This document shows positions 24,219 through 38,200 of a stretch of 64,000 nucleotides of DNA, piece by piece. The notes beneath the pieces are model-generated. The model was not told the DNA's origin and did not search any database. It saw only the letters and a list, made by a program, of their open reading frames with translations. The position numbers were made by a program, and so were the translations under genes. The stretch is from Camelus ferus (taxonomy: Eukaryota): positions 35,590,001-35,654,000 of the forward strand of contig NC_045697.1 in the NCBI RefSeq assembly GCF_009834535.1, written 5' to 3'. The number at the start of each line of letters is the position of its first letter. The first letter of the stretch is position 1.

Positions 24219-24583
24219 TCCCAAACAATTATTTTGTGTTATATGTTAAAATGTCTTTTCTAAAATCTCACTAAATAATGAGAATGCCTATATATCAGAC
24301 TTTTTCTGGGGGAAGTCAAATGTGGGAATGCACCCTGACTGGGAAAAAGGTCACACTGTACTTGGTTTATTTGCTCCGTCCCCTTGCCATTTCTCAAGTC
24401 TCTGACTTGAACTGTAACCACACAGGGCATGGCAGTCTAGAAAAATCTGCAAAACCAAAGGAGGCTGACCTATACTCATTTCACTGGGCATGCATCTTAA
24501 CCTTGGTGACTTTGAAAAATGATAAACTCTTTCTTTGTAATCTGGTAAATGTTAGTTTTTGTCCTATCGGTTTAACATCTAAT

Positions 24584-24589
24584 AATAAA
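24584..24589 (+). terminator. Candidate polyadenylation signal AATAAA
   Basis: Upstream TGTA (~24536) and a T-rich element; downstream GT/T-rich tract (gtgtgcttctgttacctgtatgttcttt). Confidence 0.55.
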
Positions 24590-25524
24590 ATCAAGAAAAA
24601 GTGTGCTTCTGTTACCTGTATGTTCTTTGCAAGGAAATGCTTTCCTTGCAGATTCCCTTCACCCACCTCCGTTCTGGGAAGCCTGAATCAGGGCCACAAA
24701 TTCCTTCAATAAATATCAATGCCACCTTTGCTCTGGGGTTTGAGCCCGTGATGCTGGGATTCCGTGCTGAAGCTTAATTATCAGCTTCAGCTTATTTTAT
24801 TCACAATTCATAGTCATTACATTCAAGACATTCTCTCTGAGGAGTTCAATACTGTTTGTACATTATTTCCCATGCTCCCCACAAGGAATCCAGGTGTCTT
24901 CAGTGCAATAAGTAAGGAACCTGTTCATCCAGTACATCGTGTAGTCTTCTTCCGAGGCTTTTTATTTCAAAATAACATTCTATCCAGTTGTCTTTTGTTC
25001 CTCTATGGCCTATAGAGTTCGTTCTTCTGCTTATTGGTTTGTTTATTCACTCACTTGTTCATTCATTCATTTGTACACTCATGAGTTCAATGAGTACCCG
25101 CTATGTGCTGGATACAGTACGTACTGCTAGGGACACAGTGATGGACAAGGTCCTGGTTCTTCTGGAGCTTAATGTCCTGTCCAGTTTCATTCCTTCGTGT
25201 TTTTCCTGTCAAAGAGAGTGTATAGGAAGGAAGAAAGAAAAAAAAGTCAATACTGCAAATTTAAAAGAGAGAATGCCACACCTCAATTGAATTAATTTTG
25301 AGGGTCAATACCTATACATAAGAAAGTTGTGCGTGACAGTGGGAGAAGTGTGGTGAACTCCACAAGCGAATGTTACTCAGTGATGTCATCCCCAGGTGCA
25401 CTGCTCAGTCTTTTAACGAGTATCTACTGAAACTGGGATCCTAGGATCATTATTGACAATAAAATGAGTGCAGGGAGATGAGCTCTAATTCATTCTTTTT
25501 TGTCTGTTTTTTTCTCTTTCTTTC

Positions 25525-25682
25525 TTTCTTTTTTTTAATTGAAGTATAGTCAGTTTACAATGTGTCAGTTTCTGGTGTACAGCATAATGTTTCATGCATA
25601 TACATACATATATTCGTTTTCATATTCTTTTTCATTATAGGTGACTACAAGATATTGAATATAGTTCCCTGTGCTATACAGT
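25525..25682 (-). mobile_element. Short L1 3' end
   Basis: poly-T then aattgaagtatagtcagtttacaatgtgtcagtttctggtgtacagc...gttccctgtgctatacagt. Confidence 0.85.
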
Positions 25683-27499
25683 TTTTCTTTTTCTTTTTTT
25701 TAGAATTGAGTCTAGATCCATTCTAATATGTCCCATGACAGCTGTGTGCCCCACCTACTGTGTTCCTAAGTAACAGGGCGAGTTGTAGGCCATTAAACTT
25801 CACTTTCAGGCACCCTGCAAATCCTTCACTAGGCAGACTGCTGCCAGGAGAGTTCTATAAATTTGGGTTCAGTGGAAGACTTCTCAGTAGCATGCCGTTG
25901 AATAATATCATACCTATAATTATGAGTAATGTGTTATGGAGATTTTTAAGAAACCAGTATTACAAACTGCATTAGGTCATTGGAATGTGAGCCCAGGAAC
26001 CATATGGGTAAATGACATTCAGTATATGCCATTTAAATACCAAAGTGGTGAAGCTTCTTGGTCTTAAGGCAGTGAGTGAATAGGGGCCTTGAAAATGAAG
26101 CAAGAACTAATTTTCTTATTTTAAATGGAATATGATGGGATAATTTCACAACTAAAAATTGCCCCCCTGGGTGCCAGCGTGAACATCATACTTTCCATAG
26201 TATTATTGGCAATTAGTATATCAAAACCAGGCAGCTAACTCTCTTTCCTAGTGGGTGAGCAACAAAAAATATGACAAATGGTATGTTATGGCTTTATTTC
26301 AATACAGTTTAAGTCATAATTTAAGTGATACAACCAAAACAGTATCTTGAAATATGATGTGAAATGTATTTTGGAAAAGGTCGTTAGTAACTGGACAATT
26401 GTCAGAATGCCGTTTGATGCATTGGACACTTTTGCAGTTGATTTCTGGTGTTGGGATGCTGCTGACAGGGCATTATATTCCCCTTCTACTTACTTCTTAG
26501 AAGAGGGAACAAATTTCAGGGCGGTGTCTTCAGAAAAACAGATTTCGGAATTGGCCTGGCTCTGGGGGTCACAAAGTTGAAATGAGAATGGAAGTAGTTA
26601 TTTGTTCATTCATCATTGATTCATTTAAGAAGCATTTGTCTGTCGATGCTTGTTGAATGATGCTCTAGGCATTGCATCAGGCCCTGGGACGCAAAGGTGA
26701 ACAAGACTTTCAGTTGTGAGGAGAATGCATTCAGCAGTCCTGGGCAGTGTGTACTTACAGGGTGAGTTCTGATCTCTGAAAGATGCTGCACTGACTGGTT
26801 ATAGGTAAGGAATCTCTTGTATCTTAAATCCATGATGTTGATAGTGGGTTGAATCAGTGTCTTCCGTGGTACTGTCATCTGGAAACCTTGACTTTGTGAT
26901 AACTCATTCAGGGAAGTTTCCCAGCTTACTGTAACTTGTGATGAGAATGATCTAAGAAGAAACAAGTGTGGCCTAATAATGACAATGTGCTGGGAACAGG
27001 CGAGTAAGCCACAAAGGACTTTGTACTCAACCTTAGAAGGGAGGCATTAATTAAAACAAGAGAAGACACATCATCAAGTTTGGAGAATCCACTTTCCACA
27101 GAAGCAATTTCCCTCCCTGGAAGGTCTCCCCTCCCACACTTCATTAGCAAATTCTTGACATTTCACATATAGTGTTTTACTCAGACTTGAGACTTGGAAG
27201 GATGTTAGAAAGCAAATGCAAATAATTTGGAGCAGTAATCTCAAGGTACGAAGGAGGTTTTGTAGTATTTCCAGAAAGTCATTTGGTTGGAGAGGGAGAT
27301 GAAGGATTATTAGGGCCCTTAATATGTGATTAGGTTTGGCAGGATATATAATGGAAAAGTTTTTCCCCTTTGAATGGGATGGTCAAAGGCATGAAAACCA
27401 GGTTTCACCTATTCCACTGTTGTGTTTGGCACCAGCATGATTTTACTAGCTAGTGAGAGTTCTGTCTTCCCAAAAGGCAGCTTCACCTTAGAAATGGTC

Positions 27500-27863
27500 A
27501 CTATGGACTGGATAGTTGTGTCCCTCCAAAATTCACATATTGGAACCTAAACCCCTATGTGATGGTATTTGGAGATGGGGCCTTTGGGAGGTGATCAGGT
27601 CATGAGGGTGGAGCGCCCACCCATGCATATGATTAGCATCCTTATAAAAGAGATCCCAGCGAGCTCCCGCAGCCCTTCTGCCACGTCAGGACTCGGCAAG
27701 AAGATGGCCATCTGCGAACCCCGAAGTAGGTTCTCACTAGACATCAAAGTGGCTGGCACCTTGACTTCATCCATCCAGGCTCCAGAACTGTGAGAAATAA
27801 ATGTTTGTTGGCTAAGCTCCCACTGTATGCTGTTTACGTTATGGCAGCCTGAACAGACTAAGA
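27500..27863 (+). mobile_element. MaLR solo LTR, MLT1A-like
   Basis: tatggactg...ccctccaaaattcacatattggaacctaa...cctttgggaggtgat...ctccagaactgtgagaaataaatg...gactaaga. Confidence 0.85.
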
Positions 27864-28204
27864 TAATGGTTATCTTTGCTCCAAGACCCATTTGTAGCCA
27901 TGTTATATTCTGTTGTTTATGACAGCTTTCTGCTGCAAATCACTGGCCTGGATGTGATGTGACTGACTTCTGACCTTTCTTGGTTTGATTTGAAACTGCC
28001 CAACTGAAAATAAAAAGGGCCGGGGATGGAGGCCTCGAGGGAAAATCAAAGAAAAACATTCAGATTTACTTTGGAAAAATAAATTTCTTCTGGATGTTAA
28101 GAAGAGTGATGACATAATTTAATATGTATACTTCCTACGGATAATTTGGCAGAAAGCTTAAGATGACCCTATGTTTCCCAGAATAGCTTCTGTAAATACA
28201 AATA

Positions 28205-28400
28205 ACTAGTACTTAATTCAACATTATTACATGCCAGACATTGTGCTAAGTGCTTTACATTATTAAACCCATTTTACAGATGGAGAAACTGAGGGTAAGG
28301 CATTATTAAGTAACCTGACCCAGGTCGTGAAGCAGGTACACGTTGGAGCATAAGTTCAAGCCCTGGTTTTCTGAAGTTGAGCCCTACCCTCTTCCCACTG
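28205..28400 (-). mobile_element. MIR SINE
   Basis: cccattttacagatggagaaactgagg...aagtaacctgacccaggtc. Confidence 0.8.
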
Positions 28401-29359
28401 ATACTACAGAAGTTTAATAAGATATGGATTGAAAAAAAAATGTCCTGTGGTCAATTAAGTTGGGAAAATAATGACTTAAAAGTGATTTGAACAAGTCTTC
28501 TCTGCAGGACTCTTCAGAGCCTTTAACCTACTGTTTGTGGGGAACTTCAGGGAGAAGTTTTTGTGCAGACTTTCCAAATTTATTTCACCATGGAACACTT
28601 TTTTTCCATGGAGTTCTTGTAGAGGGACTGTTCTAAAAGAACTTTTTCAGGAAGTGCTTCCTAAGACTTTATTTGTTCTTTAGAATTACAGATGTTCATG
28701 AGCATTGGGAGTTAAGTTTTATCAGCTTTTATAAGGGAAGAGTTCTGACCCTATCACCTGATAAACAATTTTCACCCAGTAAAATCATTACAGAATAAAA
28801 GGCTCCAAATGGAAATCTCATATTTATCTCTATTCTTTATACTTCTATTATCTTTTCCTTTTGTCTTATTTTCTTCACCCTTCTATCAATTGTATCATAA
28901 AATAAAGTTCCCTTGAGCCCAGTGTTGATGTCAGTGCTGCTTTCGCAGCATTCATGTTTTCCCTTCAGCCCCTTACAGGTTATATTTTTGCACGTTCACT
29001 TCTGTTTTCTCTTCTACTTCCTTTGTCAGAGTTTTGTTTTCCTAGTTAATCTCTCGATCGCAAATCCGTTTACACTTCTTAAGAACAGGCACTTAAATTT
29101 TAATGTAATTATGAATCAATGGAAGAGACAAATGTCTATTATTCAAAATTAGAACACACTGAATAGCACTCCATATGGAAATGAATTTGTATCCTGATTC
29201 ATACAATGCATGCATTTTATGCAATTTTTAAATAATTATTTTCCAAATGTTTGAATATTTGGGTTATTAAAAATGACAATTCTTAAATTATACTTCCAGT
29301 AGGTCTGAGTTGTGAGTATACTTACATCTTAAGTCACTGTGATAAAAATGTTGACTAAT

Positions 29360-29501
29360 ATTTGCCAAACTGATTTGATGAGGAAAATCACTTGGCATGC
29401 TTATTAGAGACAGATTCTTGGACTCCACTCCAAGCACACTGAATCAGAATCTCCAGGGGCATCTGTATTTTTAACATCAGCCTTCCAGTTTGAAAACCAC
29501 T
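29360..29501. mobile_element. MER5-like hAT MITE
   Basis: cagattcttggactccactccaagcacactgaatcagaatctccagggg...agtttgaaaaccactg. Confidence 0.6.
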
Positions 29502-32500
29502 GGCCTGGATCTGGCTTTAATGACTCACAAGCAGAATATTGCAGAAAGGATTTATTGCATGTAATATGCTGTCTTCCTAACTTTCTAAATGGACAATAAC
29601 ATATTAATTTAAAAGCCTCTGAGAATATTAAATTATTTGCCATACTCCAGTAATAGGTAAATTACTGAAAATTTAGTATTCTTGATCTGTATCCATACAT
29701 ATAAAGATGTTGCTATTCCATTAGCTTTTTCAATAAAAGGACAAAAAAATAGAAATTTTAGTTTTCTTCCCCAGAACGTAAAAATGTCTTTTCTTGCGTT
29801 TCATATTTGGATAGCTTCTTTGTCGAGCTGTCAGAATATGTATTTCATAGGTCATTCCTTCCATCCCATGTTTACTATGTGTTATTCAGAGCCAGAGTCA
29901 CAGTGAAGATAATGAGTTCCCGTCGACCACTGTCTGACTGGCCGTGGTTGTCCGCCAAATGGAGCTAGTCACCTGGGCAATTCAGACTTAGGAACAGCTT
30001 TACGATTATTCATATGAGTCTCCAGAGAACATCAAAAATAGACTGAAACTGACATCCAAATATTAGACCTCACAGGTGGCCCACCTCCACTGGAATTTTC
30101 CCAAACATTGACTAGAGGAGAGAAATTTGACTTTTTCTGTTTATTCACCAAATGTCCCAAAGAGAAGATTAGAAATGAACCTGTTTCAATTTCTATTCAT
30201 GGAAATGGAAGTTTTTTTTCTTTTCTTTTTTTTTCCAGAGCCCAATGTAATCTCTCATCCCTACGGTGTCTTAGTGTTGAAAAGTATGTTCTATAAAATT
30301 CTAGGGAAGAAATATTGTTGCAGAGAGGCCAAATGTAACTTCAAATTGAATGTGCCAGTATTTGAAATACATGGTGCTTTGGTGGAAATCATAAGATTTT
30401 TTTTTCTCAGTGTTTTCCTTGTTTGATTTAGCTTTTCTTCCTTGAATAGCCAAAAGTGGCCATGCAAGAGAAAACCACCTTGATTATTGGAAATCAAAGT
30501 TGTAAAGTTTTTGGAGGGGGGTGACCCCTTCCTCCTTAACCAATTTGATCCACAATGAAAGGAAATTCTGGGATATAAATCACTTCCAGTCTGGCGCTGT
30601 TGAGGTCTCTAGTTCATTTAGGCCTGGAGTTTGGCTAGGAAATTTGTGGACTTGGCCATGAGATGGCAATGTTGTGTAAGAAATAAGAGGCCACGAAGCG
30701 TCAGTACTGACTCAAACTGGGAAATAACAATTCCTTAAGTCAGTTCTGTAACTTAATTACTAGTTTTACTGCTCTCCATAAATTTGGAGAATAACTTAAA
30801 TTGATGGAAGATGGCCAGAAATAAAATACAAAGAGTGTGATAGAAAATATGAAGTGTTAAATAACTATCTTTATACCTAATAAAGGATTTATGCATTTGA
30901 TCCCCAAGACTCAGGAAGCAATTTCTCTGCTAGAATGAAGCTTTCTGTGTGCTAATTTTTAAATTTCCTTATGCAACCTAACACCACCATCTTGTTAACT
31001 TGGAGTTCTTATTGAGACATAATTCAATTTGTTAATAAATATTTTGAATATAGAGCTTTGCTCTTAAGCATGGAATAGGAGAAACTGGTGGTTTCCTTAA
31101 TGATCCTTTAATATTTCTATGATTTTTCAAATTGTTACCGTTTCCCATGGTCAAACTCCCCAGGTCTGTCCTGGGCAGGGAGGTCAGTTTCAGAAACGCT
31201 TAGGGTTATTCTAACCAAATATTTCAGAGTTCACCTGAAAAGTGGAATAATATTGTCAAAAAACTCCCTAAGAAATCATAGGGGCTCACTAGAATAATAC
31301 TGCTGGAGTGTTTGAAAAGTCATAAATGAAAGGAAAAAATTTATAGCATTAGTTAAAAACTATTTATCTAAAAAAAATATATCTATGCAGAAGCAGAAAT
31401 GTGTCTTGTCAAAAATGTAGATTTCCATTTTGGCTTCTCTACACCTGCACTGGTATTTTTTATCATTTTATTTTTAAACATAGTTTCTCAGAGAACATTG
31501 ATCTTAAAATTTATGCCATTACAGTCAGTGAATTTATCAGTTAAATATTCCTTCTGCCAATGACCGCACACCTAAGCCTAAGTTAAAATGATAGTTTCCA
31601 AATAAAATTTTACAAAAGACTTTTCTACTCCCCACTCCATCACTGAAACTTTAACCCAGGTCTTTATGCTCTGCATCATCTGGGTCAGACTTATGGAGAA
31701 GGGGCTCAATTCTCAATTTTTATGGCATCATCAGAGACATAACAGTTTTAGGGTATTGTCGCTGATGGCTGAAGGAAAGGAAACTTCCTTGGTGTGGGTT
31801 TATTATCAATAACAAGGACACTGTTAACTGACGTTACAAACCCTCAACTAGCCTAGAGCTTATTTGTATGTAGTTTAAACAAATAGAGCGTCTACCTACT
31901 TTGTATTTATTTTCAATAAATAGACATTGTGCGAGGTCTCAGGAAGACAGAAGTCATTGTGGGTAGGTATCTCTCTCTTAAACAAGAATAGTGTAATAGA
32001 ACATTTGCCTCAGAGTCAAACTGGGAAAGGAAAAAGTTTTGATTAAAGATGTAAGGAAAAGAGGCGAGGATTAAAGAAGACTTTGAAGGTGGGCTGTTTG
32101 CTGCTGGAGCTGTCTATCAGCAAGGCAAGGAGAGGGGAAAACTGGATGTCCACATTCAGTTGTGTAGATTTTGCTTTTCACAACCCCAGGGAGCACCTCT
32201 CATTTGGGTCACTGCTACTTACAGTGCTAGTCAACAAGGAATTGGGACGAGAATGCAAATCAATGCACTGCTTCCTTCACTGAGAAAATCTTGCTATGGA
32301 AAAAAAAAAAAAAAAAAAAGGCTGCACTAAACAGCATGCTTAGGGACACAGTAGATTTAAATTTTGATGCAAGCTCCTAATTTAATGGTGGACCTAAAAT
32401 CAATAGCCTGTGGACTGACTGTAGTCCTGAGTAGCTCAGATTAGACTATGATGAGAACAGTGTCCCTTAGAATTGTGCTTTGCCCAACAGTGAACTTTAT

Positions 32501-33857
32501 GCAATAAACTTGCATAAGAGAAGGTGGCTTTACTGTTGGTTAAGTGGCTTCTTTAAAGTTCTTGGAAGGTCTCATGTAAGAAGAGATCATCAGAACCATT
32601 TCTGCTGTTCCCCCACTGAGGGGATATAAACCCTACAAACAGGACTCCTGCCTTTCTTCTGAGATTCTTTCAGAAATCAAGTATGCACCAGGATCTGTAC
32701 CAAGGTGAGGCAGGTAATGCAGTTGCATTGGATAAAAACAAAAAACAAAAAACTCAGTAATAAACTAATATTTTAATGCAATATTTTTAAAAGTCAAAGT
32801 TAATGAAAAAAATCCATGATGAACAAAGTGTCTGCATTTTAAATAAAGAGAGGATTATACTGAGAATACGTTCTTTCAGAATCTGAATGCATGCTCTGAA
32901 TTGTCTGCAAATTAGCCCAATATGCCTAGTATCACTGGGCTTTGATGAGAGAATCTCATTGTGACCTGTATCTTTACAGTAAATCAGATTGGAAAAAAAA
33001 AAAAAAAAAGACCAAATGTAGCAAGTTTCTTGTATCAGATGAAACTGCACTTATCAGCAACTTTTCTCTGTAGCCACAAAAATGAAAAATGCTTGATCCA
33101 AGAAGCAATGAGGACTTGCCCAATTTCAGTTTCTGATCACACGAACTGTGTTGCACAGGTCTGATCAATACACCTCCTTTTAATTCCTAGGAGTGTTTCA
33201 GACCAACCTGGACTATGGGAGGGAAGTGCCAGTCTGATGTGTGGACACCTGTACTGGTGGACCTAAAGGGCATTTCTAATCCAGGGTACAGTGGATAAAC
33301 GTTTAAAGAGATTCAGCAACACAGGAACTGTTTTATTTGAGCAAAATATGATCTCTGACATTCACACTGGAAGAAAACATCTTGCATCAGGAAGAGAGAC
33401 ATTTCCTTGGGAAAGCCTAAGATAAGGGGTTTATTAATTACTGGATGCGATTCCATTGTTCATTCTTTGATGGGACTTTCTGAAACATGTCTTGTTTGGC
33501 TTTAGTCTCTGTGTATTGGAGAGTTGCCTTAGGAAGAGTTAGCTTTCCAGCAACTGCAGGATGGTGCAGTGAAAACCGACACTTGATTGATCTCTGTTTT
33601 GGAGAACAGTGAGAACTCTATAAAGAAACTTCAGAAAGTCATTCCATTTGGAGATAATACTGATGTCCACTATACCTCCTCTCTTGGAACACCCCTTTCC
33701 CAAGAGCCACAAATACATTTAAATGAACTTGTTAATTTCTAAATATTCTTAGTTGTGGTAATAGAGGAATCAAATGAAAGCTTATCTTTTTCCCTGTCTT
33801 TCCATGAACTTGCAGATCTATGTAGGTTTATAACCCAGAGGACCAGCAACAATGCTC

Positions 33858-33988
33858 TGTTTTGATTTTTTTTTTATTGAAGTGTGTATAGTCACACTAA
33901 GTGAAGTAAGCCAGAAAGAGAAAGAAAAATATCATACGATATCACTTATATGTGGAATCTAAAAAAATGACCCAAATGTTTTGACTTT
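33858..33988 (-). mobile_element. Miniature 5'-inverted L1 insertion
   Basis: poly-T plus L1 3' terminus (antisense), then an L1 ORF2-end fragment in the opposite orientation; TGTTTTGA repeated at both ends. Confidence 0.75.
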
Positions 33989-35107
33989 GAACTTAGGGAG
34001 AGAGGACCAGGACAATTTGCGGCTGCTGCTGGTCAGAATTAACATGGGTATCAGCAAAGCCAGGTCACCCCAGCCAATAAAACAATTCTAGTGTTTGTTA
34101 TTTTCAAAAAAGTACTATAAGTAGCTTTAGGAAATAATCAGAACTTTGTAGGGCTTCCTTCAGTTTTCAACTGTGACAAAAAGTTGAATTATAAGTGGGG
34201 GTGGAGGGGAGGCATCATAATTTCTTCAAAGTTTAAGGTCTTTGAGGACAAAATAACTCATGCAAATAACAGGGGCAAAACATGAAGCCAGTCTGTCACC
34301 TGAGGCTTTCAGAGAAGACAGTCAGCCTCCATGGTCCCCAGAGGTCTGTGCTCGCCTCCCTTCACAATTTCCCACGGGGCGGGGGACTGCTGACCAGAAT
34401 CTGACTAGAAAAGAGGTCCCTGGTGTCTAGAGAATTCCCTTTGCTCCTGTTCTTATTGCCCTCATGATGATGGGTTAAGGCTGCCCGTGGAAGCCCTGTC
34501 CACAGTACCCCCAGCAGTGTCCTAACTTCAGTACGGGCCCCAGCTTCACGGCATTTGTCTGATGAGGGAATTCCAGCCACAGAGGTAGATTTGCACATGG
34601 TGTCTCAGAGCCACAAGGAAGCCACGCCAACCAATGTGGCAACGAACAGGGAACAGCGTGGTATTGTTTCCATGAATAGAATACTTCTCTAGGTTTTATT
34701 GAGAGAAGAGAGCTGGGTTATCTACTTCATCACTTTTCCTCTGGCTCAGCTTCGTGCGCAGTGGACTGCTGATGCTCTGTGTGAAACGCAGGGCCAGCGT
34801 TATCGAGGGAGGTTGGCAGGTATGGCTGACAACGAGGACACAACTTTTTCCCTGTGCTGCTTCCCCTTCTGGTTTATGACCAATGGACAGAACTTCCAGA
34901 CCAGCTGGAGTGAGCGAGTCTGTCAACTGCATACAAGCCTGTGGACACACATTCTGTACTGCATCCAAAGATGTGCTGATGAAGGCTCGAGAACCAGCTG
35001 TGGGCAATTTTATTCCTAAATATGTAAAGTCTGTTTGCCAGGACCCTGCCTCAGAGAGGACGAGTCCAGGGAGATTCTACCCAGTGTTTGAAAAAAAGTC
35101 ACTCACG

Positions 35108-35225
35108 GAGCGGGAGGGTACAGCTAAGTGGGTTCAATCCCCAGTACCTCCATTAAAAATAAATATGTAAGTAAACCTAATTACCACCCCTGCCAAAATA
35201 AAAAACCCCACCAAAACAAATAAAC
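35108..35225 (+). mobile_element. Vic-1-like SINE with internal deletion and 16-bp TSD
   Basis: gggagggtacagctaagtgg/gttcaatccccagtacctccattaaaaataaa...aaacctaattacc; TSD at 35092-35107 and 35226-35241 (14/16 identical). Confidence 0.85.
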
Positions 35226-38200
35226 AAAAAAATCACTCATGCCCCATGAAGTAAAATATTTGCCTGACTTAGAGTAGCATGAGAATTAAGTTGATGCCAA
35301 TTTTAAAATAACTAATTCTCAGTCCAGAAACTTCAGAAACGGAGTGCAATGAGTCCTGTGAGGGAAAAAAAATCTTCCCAGGGGTTTTTCCCCCATTGAA
35401 GTCACATGAAGTGTTTGGGGGTGTTCCAGCTTTCTGAGGGCTGACTTGGTGGTTCTCTGCCTCCCAGGCTGATGCAAGCAGTGGCACTGGGCCTCCCGCC
35501 CCTGCAAGGACAAGTTTGCTCGGGGCCATTTTGTGCTCAGGCAGCCCTGTGTAGAGCTTGGGAGGTTTCTGACAGGTCTCAGGCTGACCCCCATCTCAGA
35601 AATGTGGGAGACGTCACCCCAAGGCCTTGAGTCTTCACCCCTGAGTTATTCAGTGGATGAGAGCTTCCACCGTTGCCCCACAGGGAGTGTCCCTGGGTGA
35701 GAGCAGGAGCCTCCCCCACTGGACGGCTGCCCCGTGTGTGTCCGGGCTGGAGGATGATCACTAGCACAGAGTCTGCAGGGCCTGGTTTCTATAGAGGAGC
35801 GTGAGGCCTCGGCAGGATGCATGTCAGGAACAAGCGGGTGCAGAAGGAAGACGGGAGGTGACCTCCTGATGGCAGGCCGCTGTTGGGGCACCTTCCTGAA
35901 GAAATATGGTGTCAGTCTGGGTTCCTTATCTTCTGTGCTCTTCCTTCTCCCTTTCTCTCTCTGTCTCGGGATTTTACCTGACCCAAGAAGAATCCCTGTG
36001 ACAAGGCTTTCCTGTCAGAGCTGGGAGTTAGTGCCCTTTGGGCACCAGGAGGAGGGAGAGAGTGATTCGGTGAATGAAAAAGATGTTTTTGAAAGGGGAC
36101 AGAGAGAGAGAGAGAGAGACAATTGGTAGGAGTGAAAATCGTAGCTAAGAGGAGGGGGCAGATAGCTGGATAGGCCTGGGGGTCTCACCGTTTGCTTCCC
36201 CTCTGAGGTGGCACCAAGCTGTCCCCTCCCTCTTGTCTCCTCCCCACCCCCTGCCCCCAGAACTGCCCAGCCCTGTGCAGCTCCATCAGTCAATGAGAAC
36301 CGACCCCTGTAGCCTCTGGGCAGCAGTATCAGGCTGCTTGGCCTGTGGGACTGGTGCCCAGGCCTTGGCTTCAGCACTGTGGGGGCACATCTCTCCTCTA
36401 CCTGTGGTTTCCCCCGTGAATGTGAGCAATTCACTTAACCTCCTAGAGACTCACTTTCTCCTTGGATAACATGAGATATTTTTGAGAACTGAACTTGAAA
36501 CAAGGCAGAACAGGCACTAGAGAGCTGAGCTGAGGACCCAGGTCTCCACAGAACATCAAAGAAGCAGCCAGAATAGTTAAACTGTCTCTTGCTCAACAAA
36601 CTTAGCATCTCATTTCTCTGCATACCCGCTCCAGTCCCACCCCTGTTCCCCTAGTGCTGTGGTTCCTTTCCCTGATTCCCAGGCTCTCAATTTTCTGGTT
36701 TTCAGTTCCCAGGCAGGGGCCGGCGTGGGCACTTCTAGAAATCCTGCAATTTGACTCGTGAGAAGTTGCCAGTGAAGGCAGGATGCTATGTTAGCCAAGG
36801 AAAACCTGCTGTAGGGTGTACAGGTTGCCAGATCCAACCTGGTTGTCCCAAGGGCTTTGGTGAAAACACATCACTGCTATTTCTTGAGAAAGAATAAATA
36901 TTTTTGAGAAGTAGTAGTTAAGGATTGTGCAGAAGAGAGAGGACTGAATAACACATTGTTTTAATAGGAAGGGAAGCAGACATCTTAAATACCAGGGGCA
37001 CCCCGCTGCATTACTACCATAATTATTCTGAAATATTCAACACCACTGTAATAAAAAAGCAAACCACTCATGAAGCTGGGGAACTTCACTGCTAAAGCGT
37101 ATGTCCTACAGCATAAAGAACTCTGAGCGTTTGGGACAAAACCTGGGAACCAATTCCTTTTGTAATGAGACTTCTCTGCAAAGACTCTCCCTATGCTGTG
37201 TCTGTAGAAGTAACCAGTGTGATTTCTGGTCTGGTCTGGTCTGGCCTGGAGCTCTGATGACAGGAAGAGAGGCTCCATTTCCTCTCTGTATGACTAGCTC
37301 TTGTAGCCAGTAGAAGTGTTTCCTAGAAGCTGTGTTTTGTCTGGTCCTAATGGAATTCAACGGCTAAAGGCATTATCCCTTCTGCTCTGCAGATGCAAGA
37401 GCTTCGTAACACGCCAGTGGTCTCAACTCCAACCCCTCCCTTCCTATTAAAATATATGACAGCAAGGAGTCTCCACACTCATCATGTTGGAGTCGGAGAA
37501 AATTTGCCTCGGCGATGTGTTATTTTAATCTTGAGCTCACCAAATCCCTTGCCTGGTTGGACTCACTTTTAATAATTAAAAACCCAATTAATTCCAATAT
37601 ATAAACACAGGGAACGTGTAAGCTCGTGTTTCATTTGGAGCCCAGCTTCAATGAACGGCAGTTTATGGGCTCTTACTTTCTTCAGTGTGAACCTGCAGGG
37701 GCTGATTACCCAGCCGCTGCGTCTCTGACTGCCATGTGCTTCCCTCACTGCAACTTTAATCAAGACCAGACTTCGCTTGATGTGAAATAAGATCTGAAGG
37801 CCCCTAGAAGTCATCCTCATGAAATCTGAGCTGCTGGAGCCCACAGACTGAGAGAATCTGATTTGGAAACGTCATTTCCATGCTAGGTTTCCAGTCTCTC
37901 TTAAAGGGAACAACAGCTCAAATCTTGGACCCCGGAAAAATTGCATGTGATCCCAGGGCTTCCTGTGAACCTGAACTTGGTTGTAGACCTAATTTCGGAA
38001 GTGAGAAATAATTTTTTGGATGATCATATAGTTGGATCTGCCATCTGTTGGGATCAACGGGTTTATGTAGGGTTTTTTTTTCCCCTTGCAAATTAGCAAA
38101 AAAAACCAATGAATATTGTTATAGGTCAAGTCTTGTGTATGAGGTTTTTTTTCTTGAAGACTTGATTTAATTAAAGCAGATCAACAGAGCCACAAGGAGG

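Larger units (their letters stand above)
2339..24610 (+). other. SPATA18: SPATA18 (Mieap) gene body, exons 2-13; exon 1 is upstream of the window and the 3' end is approximate
   Basis: Twelve exons with AG/GT boundaries and compatible phases (106+116+113+96+240+319+159+176+124+84+46+8 = 1587 nt). The translation matches SPATA18 as I recall it ([54 protein letters not shown]). Confidence 0.96.
22202..24610 (+). other. SPATA18: SPATA18 3' UTR (about 2.4 kb, end approximate)
   Basis: Follows the stop codon. AATAAA candidates at ~23336, ~23846, 24584 and 24708. Confidence 0.6.
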
